A stretch of DNA of 64,000 nt from an uncultured Pseudomonadota bacterium (GTDB lineage Bacteria; Pseudomonadota; Alphaproteobacteria; Acetobacterales; Acetobacteraceae): the NCBI GenBank assembly GCA_963777625.1, contig CAVZRO010000033.1, positions 46,235 to 110,234 of the forward strand, written 5' to 3'. The translations under genes were made by a program, and so were the position numbers. Below the pieces are notes generated by a model. That model was not told the origin of the DNA, made no database searches, and saw nothing but the letters and a program-made list of their open reading frames with translations. Position 1 is the stretch's first letter; each line of letters starts with the position of its first letter. Shown here piece after piece: positions 19,218 to 29,352 of this stretch.

Positions 19218-20615
19218 ATGAATGTTACCGCGCAGCTATCCGCGTTCACCGCCGGCATCCGGCTGGACCGGCTGCCGGCCGAGGTGGTGGCGCGGGCCCG
19301 ATTCCTGCTGCTCGACCTGATCGGCAATATCGTTCGCGCGCGCCATGATGCCGAAAGCACGCCATCGTTCCTGGGCGCGGCCCGTGCCCTGGGCATGGCC
19401 GGCGGCAGCAACGGCGTGTTCGGCGACGAAGCCCGCTACACGCCGGCTGGTGCGGCCTTACTGAACGGCGCGCTCGCCCACTCCCTTGACTTCGACGACA
19501 CCCATGCCGCCGCCAGCCTGCATCCCGGCGCCCCGGTGATTCCCGCCGCCCTGGTCGCCGGCGAGATGGCCGGCGCGTCGGGCGCCGACGTGCTTGCAGC
19601 GATCATTGCGGGATACGAGGTCACCTGCCGCATCGCGCTCGCGCTGCCGGCGGGCGAGCACTACAACCGCGGCTTCCATCCCACCGCGACGTGCGGCGCG
19701 TTCGGCGCCGCTGCTGCGGCCGGGCGGGTGTTCGGCCTGGATGCGGACGGGATTGCCGGTGCGCTCGGCACCGCGCTGAGCCAGGCAGCCGGCAGCCTGC
19801 AATTCCTTGCCAACGGCGCGTGGACCAAGCGATTTCAGGTCGGCTGGGCGGCGCTGAACGGGCTGGCCGCGGCGACACTGGTGCGTGAGGGTTTCAAGGG
19901 CGCGGCCGAGGCGCTGGAGGGCCGCCACGGTTTCATGCGTGCCTATGCGCCCAACCCGCAGCCCGAGCGCGCCGTGCAGGAGCTGGGCCGCGTGTTCGAA
20001 CTGATGAACACGGCCGTGAAGCCGTACCCGTCGTGCCGCTACGGTCACGCCGGCATCGATGCCGCGCTGGCGCTGCGGGCCGAACATGGGCTGCGGGTGG
20101 AAGAGATTGAGCACGTGACCCTGGGCCTGTCGAAAGCCGGGATGCTGCTGGTGGGCGAGCCGGCAGAGAAGAAGTGCGATCCGCGCAATGTGGTGGATGG
20201 CCAGTTCAGCGGGCCATTCGTGATCGGCGCGGCGCTGGCGACCGGGCATATGGGGTGGGACAGCTACACCCTGCTGAACGACCCGGTGGTGCGTGGGTTG
20301 CTGCCGAAGATTACATGCGAGTTCGATCCAGAGATCGAGGCTGAGTTCCCTGTCAACATGTCGGCAAAGCTGACGGTCCGCGCCCGGGGCACGGAGTTCG
20401 TGCGCAAAACGGTGGTGCCGAAGGGGGAGCCGGGGAATTTCCTGACCGAGGCGGAACTGCGGGCCAAGTTCAACAGCCTCACGGAGAGCCTGCTTGGGCC
20501 GGAGCAGGCGAATCGCCTCGCCGGGGCTGTGCTGGCGATCGATTCACTGGCGGATATCAGTTCGCTGGCCCGCCTTGCCGTCCCGCACACCACGTTGAAA
20601 TTTGCCGGCGATTGA
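19218..20615 (+). CDS. MmgE/PrpD-family protein (copy 1)
   Basis: MNVTAQLSAFTAGIRLDRLPAEVVARARFLLLDLIGN..ALLNGALAHSLDFDDTH, PrpD-family hallmarks. GGAGGG upstream of ATG 19218. Confidence 0.85.
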   Translation: MNVTAQLSAFTAGIRLDRLPAEVVARARFLLLDLIGNIVRARHDAESTPSFLGAARALGMAGGSNGVFGDEARYTPAGAALLNGALAHSLDFDDTHAAASLHPGAPVIPAALVAGEMAGASGADVLAAIIAGYEVTCRIALALPAGEHYNRGFHPTATCGAFGAAAAAGRVFGLDADGIAGALGTALSQAAGSLQFLANGAWTKRFQVGWAALNGLAAATLVREGFKGAAEALEGRHGFMRAYAPNPQPERAVQELGRVFELMNTAVKPYPSCRYGHAGIDAALALRAEHGLRVEEIEHVTLGLSKAGMLLVGEPAEKKCDPRNVVDGQFSGPFVIGAALATGHMGWDSYTLLNDPVVRGLLPKITCEFDPEIEAEFPVNMSAKLTVRARGTEFVRKTVVPKGEPGNFLTEAELRAKFNSLTESLLGPEQANRLAGAVLAIDSLADISSLARLAVPHTTLKFAGD

Positions 20616-20719
20616 TTGCTTCGTGAGGGGCGTCGCCGGTACAGGCATTTGCGCCCTGGATCACTCTGGGGTTTTGTCGAATCCGACAATCGCTGCTCGA
20701 CAACTCCCGGAGGATACGC

Positions 20720-21775
20720 ATGCCCACGCTCACCCCTGACAGGCTGCGCGCCGTCATCAGCCTGATCGTCCGTCGCATGGGCAGCAGCGAGGCGGAGACG
20801 CAGGAGGTCGCCGACCACCTTATCCGCGCCAATCTTGCCGGCCATGACAGCCATGGCGTGGGGATGTTGCCGACCTATATCCGGCTGCTGCAGGAAGAGC
20901 TGCTGGTGCCCAACCAGACGCTGGAAACCGTGCTCGATTTCGGTGCGCTGCTGGTGCTGGATGCGCGGCGCGGCTTTGGCCAACGCATGGCCGCGGACGC
21001 GGTGCGCCGGGCAATGGCCCGTGCGCGAGAGTTGGGTGCCTGCGTGCTGGGGCTGCGCAACAGCTCGCATATCGGGCGCGCCGGCACCTATGGGGAACTG
21101 GCGGCCAGCGAGGGCATGGCGTTCATCGGTTATGTCAACGTGAGCGATCACCGCGACGTCGCCGCGCCCTGGGGCTGCGGCGAGGCACGGGTGGGCACCA
21201 ATCCGTTCGTGACCGCGGTGCCAGGTGCGGACGGGCCAATGCTGCTGGATATGGCGACGACCACGATTGCCGCCGGCAAGGCGCGGATCGCCCGCAACAA
21301 GGGCGTTCCGGTTCCGCAAGACTGCCTGATCGACGCCGAGGGACGCCCGACCCAGGACCCGACAGGTTTCATCGATGACCGTTCCGGCGCCCTGCTTACG
21401 TTCGGCCGGCACAAGGGCTCGGGCCTGGCGGTGATGTGCGAGATCATGGCCGGCGCCGTTGCCGGCGGACAGCGCACCGATCAGCCGCGGCGGAACGGGG
21501 TGCTGAACAGCATGTTCGCGGTGCTGATCGATCTCTCGCGCATTGGCGACCGCGGCAACATCATTGCTGGCGTGGAGGCGACGCGCGCGCATGTGCGGTC
21601 CGCCCGCGTCGCTCCTGGTTTCAGCGAGATATTGCTGCCCGGCGAGGCGGAACGACGCGCCGCGGCGGAGCGGGCGGCGGGCATCCCGGTGGATGACCGG
21701 ACATGGCAGCAGGTGTGCGAAGCGGCGGCGAAGCTGGGAATTACGGAGGCGGAGCTGGAACGGGCGAACGGATGA
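20720..21775 (+). CDS. Ldh_2-family (malate/L-lactate/sulfolactate-type) NAD(P)H-dependent oxidoreductase
   Basis: ADHLIRANLAGHDSHGVGMLPTYI..NSSHIGRAGTY..GTNPF..HKGSGLAVMCEI motifs; GGAGGA RBS. Confidence 0.85.
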   Translation: MPTLTPDRLRAVISLIVRRMGSSEAETQEVADHLIRANLAGHDSHGVGMLPTYIRLLQEELLVPNQTLETVLDFGALLVLDARRGFGQRMAADAVRRAMARARELGACVLGLRNSSHIGRAGTYGELAASEGMAFIGYVNVSDHRDVAAPWGCGEARVGTNPFVTAVPGADGPMLLDMATTTIAAGKARIARNKGVPVPQDCLIDAEGRPTQDPTGFIDDRSGALLTFGRHKGSGLAVMCEIMAGAVAGGQRTDQPRRNGVLNSMFAVLIDLSRIGDRGNIIAGVEATRAHVRSARVAPGFSEILLPGEAERRAAAERAAGIPVDDRTWQQVCEAAAKLGITEAELERANG

Positions 21776-21789
21776 GCGGCGGGCTACGG

Positions 21790-24700
21790 TTACAGCGAAC
21801 CGTAGCCTCCGCCGCCCGGCGTCTGGATGACGAACAGATCCCCCGGCGCGAGCTCCGCGCTTGCTGTGCCGGTCAGGATTTCCATGCTGCCGTCGGCACG
21901 TTCCACCCACTGCCTGCCGGCTGCACCTGGTTCACCGCCTTGCAGCCCGAACGGCGGGACGTTGCGGCGCGATGAGACGATTACCGCCGTCATCGGCTCC
22001 AGGAAGCGGATGCGGCGGACGGCGCCGTTGCCGCCGTGCCACCGTCCGGCCCCGCCCGAGCCGTGGCGGATCGCGAAACATTCGAGCCGCACCGGATAGC
22101 GCAGCTCCAGAACTTCGGGATCGGTCATGCGGGTGTTCGTCATGTGCGTCTGCACCGCGGACACTCCGTTAAATCCCGGTCCTGCGCCGGTACCTCCGCA
22201 GATCGTTTCGTAATATTGTCTTGTCGCGTCGCCGAACAGGAAGTTGTTCATGGTCGCCTGCGAGCAGGCGATCGTCTCCAATGCGCCGAACAGCGCGTTG
22301 CAGGTGGCTTGCGAAACCTCCGTATTCCCCGCCACCACCGCCGCGCCCGGCCGCGGCGAGAGGAATGTCCCAGGCGGAATGATCAGCTCGATCGGCTTCA
22401 GGCAGCCATCGTTCAGCGGAATCTCGTCACCGACCAGGCAGCGGAACACATATAGTACCGCCGCGCGCGCCACGGCCGGGGGCGCGTTGAAATTGTTATG
22501 GTCCCGCTGCGGGCCGGTCCCGGTGAAATCCACCGTGGCGCGGCGCGCCGCTCGATCCACGCGCACCGAAACGCGCAACGGAGCGCCGTCGTCCATCGTG
22601 TACAGGAACTGTCCGTCGCCGATGCGGTCGATCACCCGCCGCACGCTCTCTTCGGCATTGTCCATCACATGACGCATATAGGCCACGACCGTTTCCCAGC
22701 CGTATTGCGCGACGACGCGCTTCAGCTCCTGGACGCCTTTCTCGTTCGCGGCCACCTGCGCCTTGATATCCGCCACGTTCACATCCGGGCTGCGCGCCGG
22801 ATATTTCGCGCCGGCAAGCAGGCCGCGCAGCTCGGCCTCCCGGAAGTGTCCGCCATCGACCAGCAGGAAATCGTCGATGACGACGCCTTCCTCCTCCAGC
22901 GCGGATGATGCCGGGGGCGTCGATCCGGGCGTGATGCCGCCGATATCCGCATGATGGCCGCGGTTGCCGAGGAAGAAACGGATATGCGTCCCGGACTCGT
23001 CAAACACGGGCGTGATCACCGTGACATCCGGCAGGTGGGTGCCGCCGTTGTACGGATTGTTCAGCACCACCACGTCGCCCGGCTTCAACGTGTCCCGCCG
23101 GTACGCCAGGACGGTGCGCACGCTCTCTCCCATCGCGCCCAGATGCACCGGAATGTGGGGCGCATTCGCAACCAGATATCCCTCGCTGTCGAACACGGCG
23201 CAGGAGAAGTCCAACCGCTCCTTGATGTTTACGCTCATCGAGGTGTTCTGCAGCACTGCCCCGGTCTGCTCGGCGACGTTCATGAACAGATTGTTGAACA
23301 GCTCCAGCAGCACGGGATCAGGGCGGTCGCTGCCAGGCGGCACGCGCGTCGCCAGCGGTTCAACACGATGCAGCAGCATATGGTCGAAGTCGGTGATTTC
23401 CGCCGCCCAGCCGGGTTCAACCATGGTCGTGGCATTGGCCTCACGAATCAGCGCCGGGCCCTTGATTGTGTCTTCTGCCAGCAGAGTCGCGCGATCGAAT
23501 ACAGGTGCAGCTCGTTCCACGCCCTCCGTGTAGATCCGCACGTGATCGATCGGCACGGGCTGGCCCTCTCCGCGCCGGGGCAGCGGGGATTCGGTAACCG
23601 CTTCGCCCGCCGCGACCGCCTCGACAGCCACCGCCTCCACGATCAGCGCACGGTCCGGTGTAGCGAAGCCGAATCTGACCCGGTGCGCGCTGGTGAAATC
23701 GGTCACCATGTCGGCGAACCCCCCGAGCGGAACGATCAGTGCCGCTTCCGTGCCGGCGTATGTGAGATGAATGTGGCGACGGGTCGTGATCCTCGCCCGA
23801 TCGGCACCTTGCGCCGCGAGTGACTCGCTCGCCTGGCCCGCCAGTGTGGCCGCGAGTGCCTCCAGCGCCGGCAATACGTCCGCCGACAGCGGGATCTCGA
23901 CCGCCTGCTCGCGCATCACGCTCTGGTCCGCCAAGCCCATCCCATAGGCTGAAAGGACGCCGGCAAACGGATGTATGAACACCGCCTCCATTCCCAGCGC
24001 GTCGGCCACCAGGCAGGCATGCTGGCCGCCGGCGCCGCCGAAGCAGTTGAGCGCGAAGCGGGTGACATCGTGCCCCTTCTGCACCGATACCTGCTTGATC
24101 GCGTTTGCCATGTTGGCGACGGCGATGCGCAGGAACCCTTCCGCCACCTCGCGCGGCGTGAGTGGCTCACCGGTTGCGGTCGCGATCTTTTCCGCCAGCT
24201 CCGCGAATTTGGCGACGACCGTGTCCACGTCGAGCGGCATGTCGCCTTCGGGGCCGAAAATCGCCGGAAAATGCGCCGGCTGGATTTTGCCGACGCAGAC
24301 ATTGGCGTCGGTCACGGTCAGCGGCCCGCCGCGCCGGTAGCAGGCGGGACCGGGATCGGCACCGGCCGAGTCCGGCCCTACCCGAAAGCGCGCGCCGTCG
24401 AAATGCAGAACCGATCCGCCGCCGGCCGCAACCGTATTGATCGCCATCATCGGGGCGCGCATCCGCACACCGGCAATGGCGGTCTCGAACGCCCGCTCGA
24501 ACGTGCCGGCGTACAGCGCCACATCGGTGGAGGTGCCGCCCATGTCGAACCCGATGATGCGGTCCAGCCCAGCCATCGCGGCGGTGCGTACCGCACCGAC
24601 AATGCCGCCGGCCGGCCCCGACAGGATCGCGTCCTTGCCTTGGAAACTATGCGCCTCCGCCAGGCCGCCGTTCGACTGCATGAAGAACAAGCGCACGCCC

Positions 24701-25389
24701 GTCAGCTCGGCAGCGACATGATCGACATAGCGGCGCAGGATCGGCGACAGGTAGGCATCGACCACGGTGGTGTCGCCCCTCGGCACCAGCCGCATCAGCG
24801 GGCTGACAACGTGGCTGGCCGAGACCTGGGTGAATCCCGCCGCGCGCGCCAACTCCGCCAGCCGCTGCTCGTGCGCGGGATATTTCCAGGCGTGCATCAG
24901 CACGATCGCGCAGGCGGCAATGCCGGCTTGCCGCGCGTCGATAAAGGCCGCGCGGGCGGCCAATTCGTCCAACGCCTCCAGCTCGGTGCCGTCGGCACCG
25001 ACCCGCCCGGGCAGCTCGATGACACGCTCGTAGAGCATCGAGGGCAGCTTGATCTCCAGATCGAACAGACGCGGCCGGGCCTGGTTGCCGATGCGCAGCG
25101 CGTCGGCGAACCCACGGTTCACCACCAGCAGCGTCCGCTCACCGCTGCGTTCGAGCAGTGCGTTGGTGGCAACCGTGGTGCCCATCTTCACGCTGTCCAC
25201 CAGTTGCGGCGGGATCGGCGCATCCGCGGCAATCCCCAGCACGGATTTTATCCCGGCAATCGCGGCATCCTGGTATCGTCCCGGATTGTCCGACAGCAGC
25301 TTGTGGGTGGACAGTCGCCCGTCGGGCGCACGCGCGATAACGTCGGTGAACGTGCCGCCGCGATCGATCCAGAACTGCCAGCCGGTCAT
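21790..25389 (-). CDS. fused hydantoinase A/B, 5-oxoprolinase-like (ATP-hydrolysing)
   Basis: From ATG 25389: MTGWQFWIDRGGTFTDVIA (canonical HyuA/OPLAH N-terminus). 1199 aa with a HyuB half (..HIPVHLGAM..GGYG). The upstream 74 codons of the track ORF are an extension. Confidence 0.9.
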   Translation of the reverse strand: MTGWQFWIDRGGTFTDVIARAPDGRLSTHKLLSDNPGRYQDAAIAGIKSVLGIAADAPIPPQLVDSVKMGTTVATNALLERSGERTLLVVNRGFADALRIGNQARPRLFDLEIKLPSMLYERVIELPGRVGADGTELEALDELAARAAFIDARQAGIAACAIVLMHAWKYPAHEQRLAELARAAGFTQVSASHVVSPLMRLVPRGDTTVVDAYLSPILRRYVDHVAAELTGVRLFFMQSNGGLAEAHSFQGKDAILSGPAGGIVGAVRTAAMAGLDRIIGFDMGGTSTDVALYAGTFERAFETAIAGVRMRAPMMAINTVAAGGGSVLHFDGARFRVGPDSAGADPGPACYRRGGPLTVTDANVCVGKIQPAHFPAIFGPEGDMPLDVDTVVAKFAELAEKIATATGEPLTPREVAEGFLRIAVANMANAIKQVSVQKGHDVTRFALNCFGGAGGQHACLVADALGMEAVFIHPFAGVLSAYGMGLADQSVMREQAVEIPLSADVLPALEALAATLAGQASESLAAQGADRARITTRRHIHLTYAGTEAALIVPLGGFADMVTDFTSAHRVRFGFATPDRALIVEAVAVEAVAAGEAVTESPLPRRGEGQPVPIDHVRIYTEGVERAAPVFDRATLLAEDTIKGPALIREANATTMVEPGWAAEITDFDHMLLHRVEPLATRVPPGSDRPDPVLLELFNNLFMNVAEQTGAVLQNTSMSVNIKERLDFSCAVFDSEGYLVANAPHIPVHLGAMGESVRTVLAYRRDTLKPGDVVVLNNPYNGGTHLPDVTVITPVFDESGTHIRFFLGNRGHHADIGGITPGSTPPASSALEEEGVVIDDFLLVDGGHFREAELRGLLAGAKYPARSPDVNVADIKAQVAANEKGVQELKRVVAQYGWETVVAYMRHVMDNAEESVRRVIDRIGDGQFLYTMDDGAPLRVSVRVDRAARRATVDFTGTGPQRDHNNFNAPPAVARAAVLYVFRCLVGDEIPLNDGCLKPIELIIPPGTFLSPRPGAAVVAGNTEVSQATCNALFGALETIACSQATMNNFLFGDATRQYYETICGGTGAGPGFNGVSAVQTHMTNTRMTDPEVLELRYPVRLECFAIRHGSGGAGRWHGGNGAVRRIRFLEPMTAVIVSSRRNVPPFGLQGGEPGAAGRQWVERADGSMEILTGTASAELAPGDLFVIQTPGGGGYGSL

Positions 25390-25540
25390 GAGCGCCTCGA
25401 CGTGTCTTCGCGGTGGGATACGTGTCGCAGGGCATACGGGTCGCGCGGGGCGCGGGCAATCTTGACGCCATCCAGATAGCCGGCGGGGGTGCCTTCCGCG
25501 ATCAGTGATCGGCTGGCGCCTGCTGCCCGGTCGGCGTCGA

Positions 25541-26400
25541 TCACGCGGGGGCGGACCTGTTGCGACGCCCTCCTGTTCGCCGGACTGGGTCGCCGGTCCA
25601 CGCCGGCTCAATTCCAGGCGCGCCTAACTGCGTTCCCCGCCGGTAGGCTTGCGGAGTCGTCCCGACCAGCGTCTTGAACATGGTCGCGAAGGCTGCCGGG
25701 CTCGAATAGCCCAGATCAAATGCAATCGTCGTGACCCGTTCGCCGTTTGACAGGCGAGGGAGCGCTGAGAGCAGGCAGGCCCGCCGTTGCCAGACGGAAA
25801 AGGTCAGGCCGGTTTCGCGGGTGAAAAGACGCGTGAAGCTTCGTCGGCTCAAGGCGAGGTCGCGGCACCAGATTGCGATCGTATCCTGCGCTGTCGGCCG
25901 CTCGATGAAGCGCCGGCAGCGCGCCGCAAGCCGTTGATCGTGCGGGACGGGCAGGCACAGCCATAGTACCGGCGCAGTGTGGAGTTCATCGATGACAAGT
26001 AACATGATTCTTCCGGCGCGGCTGGCGGGATCGTACACCGACGGAAGGTCGACCGCAGCGATGAGAAGCTGGCGGAGAAGCGGCGATACCTCGATGACCT
26101 GACACTGGCTCGCCATCCCGTTCGCCACCTCCGGCTCGAGATAGACGCTACGGGTCGCCACCGGACTCAGCATCACGATGCTGTGGGCGACCCCGCCGGG
26201 AATCCAGATGCCTTGATGCGGCGGCACCATCCATGCGCCCCGCGCCGTTTGCACGAGCATTGTACCCGCTCGGCAAACAGCAATTGCGAGCGACGATGTT
26301 GGTGCGACGGGTGCAGATGCCCTGCCGGATACTCGTTCCCGACGGCAATGATCGGCCTGGGAACCTGCTCGATCTGCTCCGCGCGAATATGTCTGGCCAT
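25541..26400 (-). pseudogene. AraC-family regulator with N-terminal cupin, interrupted by a frameshift near 26265
   Basis: The N-terminus MARHIRAEQIEQVPRPIIAVGNEYPAGHLHPSHQHRRSQLLFAE (ORF 26173-26400) switches frame to ..GTMLVQTARGAWMVPPHQGIWIPGGVAHSI..(HTH)..FKTLVGTTPQAYRR (ORF 25541-26776 frame) at a CCC/GGG run. Confidence 0.75.
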
Positions 26401-26497
26401 GGCCCGATATAACGCTATTTCGACCTTCTATTGAAGGCAGGCCATTTCGGCGATCTTTATAGTCATCGCACGATAGACAACACGACGAGCGGCAAGC

Positions 26498-27064
26498 ATG
26501 CGGCATGACCATACGATCGAGTTGCCAGCTCGAATCGTGAGCAAGAGCGAGCTGTTTCTCGGCTTTCTGAAAATCGGCGTGCTTGGATTCGGCGGCATCG
26601 CGCCATGGGCGCGGCACGTCATTGTCGAGGAAAGGGCTTGGCTGAATGAAAAGGAGTTCGCCGCGATCCTGGGGATCGGGCAAATTCTGCCCGGCCCGAA
26701 CACGATGAACGCCGCCGTCATCATCGGCAACCGCTTTCAGGGCGTTGTCGGCGTGCTGCTCTGTCTGCTCGGCCAAATAGCGCTTCCGTTAGTGATCGTG
26801 ACCTCGCTCGGGGTTGTCTATGAACGCTTTGCCGCAATCCCCGAGGTCAATGCCGCGCTGGTCGGGGCGGCGGCGGGCGCCGCCGGTCTCGTCCTGGGCA
26901 CGGCCGCCAAGATGGCGCGGAAGATCAGGCCGACACGATTTGCGCTGCTGGTAAGCGCACTGGCCTTCGGCGGCGTCGGGCTGCTGCGATGGCCGCTGGT
27001 TCCCGTCGTGGCTGTTGTGGTGCCGCTGGGTGTGGTCGGGGCGGCATTGGAGCGCCGCACGTGA
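26498..27064 (+). CDS. chrA: chromate-transporter (CHR) family protein, first half-size paralogue
   Basis: LFLGFLKIGVLGFGGIAPWARHVIVEERAWLNEKEF..GQILPGPN, CHR domain signature. Confidence 0.8.
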   Translation: MRHDHTIELPARIVSKSELFLGFLKIGVLGFGGIAPWARHVIVEERAWLNEKEFAAILGIGQILPGPNTMNAAVIIGNRFQGVVGVLLCLLGQIALPLVIVTSLGVVYERFAAIPEVNAALVGAAAGAAGLVLGTAAKMARKIRPTRFALLVSALAFGGVGLLRWPLVPVVAVVVPLGVVGAALERRT

Positions 27065-27612
27065 CTGGCTTGCTGTTACTGCAGATAGCGCGCGTGTTCG
27101 CCATCATCTCCCTGGTGTCCATCGGAGGCGCCAACGCCGTGCTTCCGGAAATTCGCCGGCAGGTGGTCGATGTGCAGGGGTGGATGAACGATGCGACGTT
27201 TGCCAGTATTTTCGCGATTTCCCACGCGGCACCCGGTCCGAACATCATCATGGTGAGCTTGATCGGCTGGCAGCTCGCCGGGATTCCTGGCCTGCTCGTC
27301 GCAACCCTTGCTATCATGGTGCCGTCCTGCTCGCTGGCGTTCTTCGTCGCGCGTGGGATGGCTCGCTGGTCTGATCGGCAATGGATCGGACAGTTGCGGG
27401 ACGGGCTGATCCCCGTTGCACTCGGGCTGATCCTGGCGAGCGGCGTGTCGATGATGCGGGTCGCGGATCGAGGTGTCCTAACGGTGCTGATCAGCCTGGC
27501 GACTGCGATTTTTGTCGTGGTCAGCCGTCGCAACCCGCTATGGGCACTCGGCGTCGGCACGTGTGTGAACGTCGTCGCACAGCATGTCGGTGCCTTCACG
27601 CGAGCTTGGTGA
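27061..27612 (+). CDS. chrA: chromate-transporter (CHR) family protein, second half-size paralogue
   Basis: GTG 27061 overlaps the upstream TGA (GTGA). FAIISLVSIGGANAVLPEIRRQVVDVQGWMNDATF..SHAAPGPN. Confidence 0.8.
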   Translation: MTGLLLLQIARVFAIISLVSIGGANAVLPEIRRQVVDVQGWMNDATFASIFAISHAAPGPNIIMVSLIGWQLAGIPGLLVATLAIMVPSCSLAFFVARGMARWSDRQWIGQLRDGLIPVALGLILASGVSMMRVADRGVLTVLISLATAIFVVVSRRNPLWALGVGTCVNVVAQHVGAFTRAW

Positions 27613-27697
27613 GCTTACGGCCGCCTTGGCGCCGATGCGTTGAACCGATCGCAGCGGCGCCACTACAGTGCGACGATAATTCCGGCAGGAGGAACCC

Positions 27698-28264
27698 ATG
27701 GACAGCGATTCAATCAGCCGGCTCGAACGCCCACAGGGACTGCCGTTTCGTATCGGCAAGCTCGGCCATATCGCGTTGCACGTACGGGATGTCGAACGTT
27801 CCGCTCGCTTCTACACCCAAATCCTCGGGTTTCAGATTTCTGACGTATATGCCGACGGCATGATGCCCGGCGGCGCCGCATTTCTGCGCTGCAACGCGGA
27901 CCATCACGGCGTTGCGCTGTTCCAGGCGACTGAGGAGCAGCTTGCCGGCGCCGGCCTGCACCATGTGGCCTTCGAGGTTGCCACGCTGGATGAGGTCGTC
28001 CGCGCGCGTGAGCATCTGCGCCAGCACCAGGTCGCGATCGATTTCGACGGGCGCCGGCGCGCCGGGTGCCAGATCGCGGTGGAGTTTCGTGACCCGGACG
28101 GGCATCGGCTGGAAATCTACTGGGACATCGACCAGATCGGCGACGAAGGTCACGCCCGCCCGGCGCATGAATGGAAGGGCGCTGGCAGCCTGGAACAGGC
28201 GATCGCCGATCCGGTGCGCGGGCAGGATACGACGCTGCACGACACCGCGCTGGTGCGCCGCTAG
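27698..28264 (+). CDS. VOC-family protein (glyoxalase / extradiol-dioxygenase fold)
   Basis: IGKLGHIALHVRDVERSARFYTQILGF..HHVAFEV..DPDGHRLEIY; AGGAGGA RBS. Confidence 0.8.
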   Translation: MDSDSISRLERPQGLPFRIGKLGHIALHVRDVERSARFYTQILGFQISDVYADGMMPGGAAFLRCNADHHGVALFQATEEQLAGAGLHHVAFEVATLDEVVRAREHLRQHQVAIDFDGRRRAGCQIAVEFRDPDGHRLEIYWDIDQIGDEGHARPAHEWKGAGSLEQAIADPVRGQDTTLHDTALVRR

Positions 28265-28419
28265 CCCGGCGCCGGCGCCGATACGCCTGGACGCGATCCG
28301 CGGTCGGCGGCATGGTCCCGCCCCTGCTCCGCTTGTCTGTGTGACTTGCAGTTACATCTTATTGCCCAACACGCAGGCGAACGCGCCGGCCCACCCGGAA
28401 CACAGGAAGTCCAGCCACC

Positions 28420-29352
28420 ATGGATGTGATTATCGGCCAGACCAAGCAGAACGGCGGCACTGAGGCCATGATCGTTGAGGGCGATCAGAAAACCTTCATG
28501 CAGGAGGTGATCGAGGCTTCCCGCCAGATCCCCGTCCTGGTGGATTTCTGGGCCACGTGGTGCGGTCCCTGCAAGCAGCTTACCCCGACGCTGGAAAAGG
28601 TCGTCAGCGCCGCTGGCGGCCGGGTCAAGCTGGTGAAGATCGATATCGACAAGAACCGCGCGCTGGTCCAGCAGCTCGCCCAGATCGGGCTGCCGCTGCA
28701 ATCCGTCCCCACCGTGGCCGCCTTCTACCGCGGCCAGATCGCCGACCTGTTCCAAGGCGCCCAGCCGGAATCGGAGGTGCGCCGCTTCGTCGAATCGCTG
28801 CTGAAGCTGGCTGGCGGCTCCATGCCGTCCGCCGATCTGCTCGCAGAGGCCCGGGCCGCCCTCAACTCCGGCGATACCGAGACCGCCAGCGAATCGTTCA
28901 GCGCCCTGCTTGATGAGGAGCCGGAGAACCCGGATGCCTGGGGCGGCCTGATCCGCACGCTGATGGCCATGGGCCAGGAAGAGCGGGCCCGGAACGCACT
29001 GGCGGAGGTTCCCGCCGGGATCGCGGAGCACGCGGAGATCGTAGGCGCCCGCAGCGCGCTGGCGCTGGCGGAGGAAGGCCGTGAGGCCCGTTCGCAGCTC
29101 CAGACACTGCAAAGCCGCGTGGCTGCCGACCCGGCCGATTTCCAGGCGCACTACGATCTCGCCACCGCCCTCAACGCCGCCGGCGACCGCGACGAGGCGG
29201 CCGACCACCTGCTGGATATCATCCGTCGCGATCGCGCCTGGAACGAGGAGGCCGCTCGTCTTCAGTTGCTGAAATTTTTCGAGGCCTGGGGGTTCGAGGA
29301 TCCGGCCACCATGGCGGCACGCCGCAAGCTGTCGGCGCTGCTGTTCTCCTGA
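28420..29352 (+). CDS. thioredoxin-domain plus TPR co-chaperone (YbbN-like)
   Basis: VLVDFWATWCGPCKQL thioredoxin motif followed by a helical-repeat C-terminal half. Confidence 0.85.
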   Translation: MDVIIGQTKQNGGTEAMIVEGDQKTFMQEVIEASRQIPVLVDFWATWCGPCKQLTPTLEKVVSAAGGRVKLVKIDIDKNRALVQQLAQIGLPLQSVPTVAAFYRGQIADLFQGAQPESEVRRFVESLLKLAGGSMPSADLLAEARAALNSGDTETASESFSALLDEEPENPDAWGGLIRTLMAMGQEERARNALAEVPAGIAEHAEIVGARSALALAEEGREARSQLQTLQSRVAADPADFQAHYDLATALNAAGDRDEAADHLLDIIRRDRAWNEEAARLQLLKFFEAWGFEDPATMAARRKLSALLFS

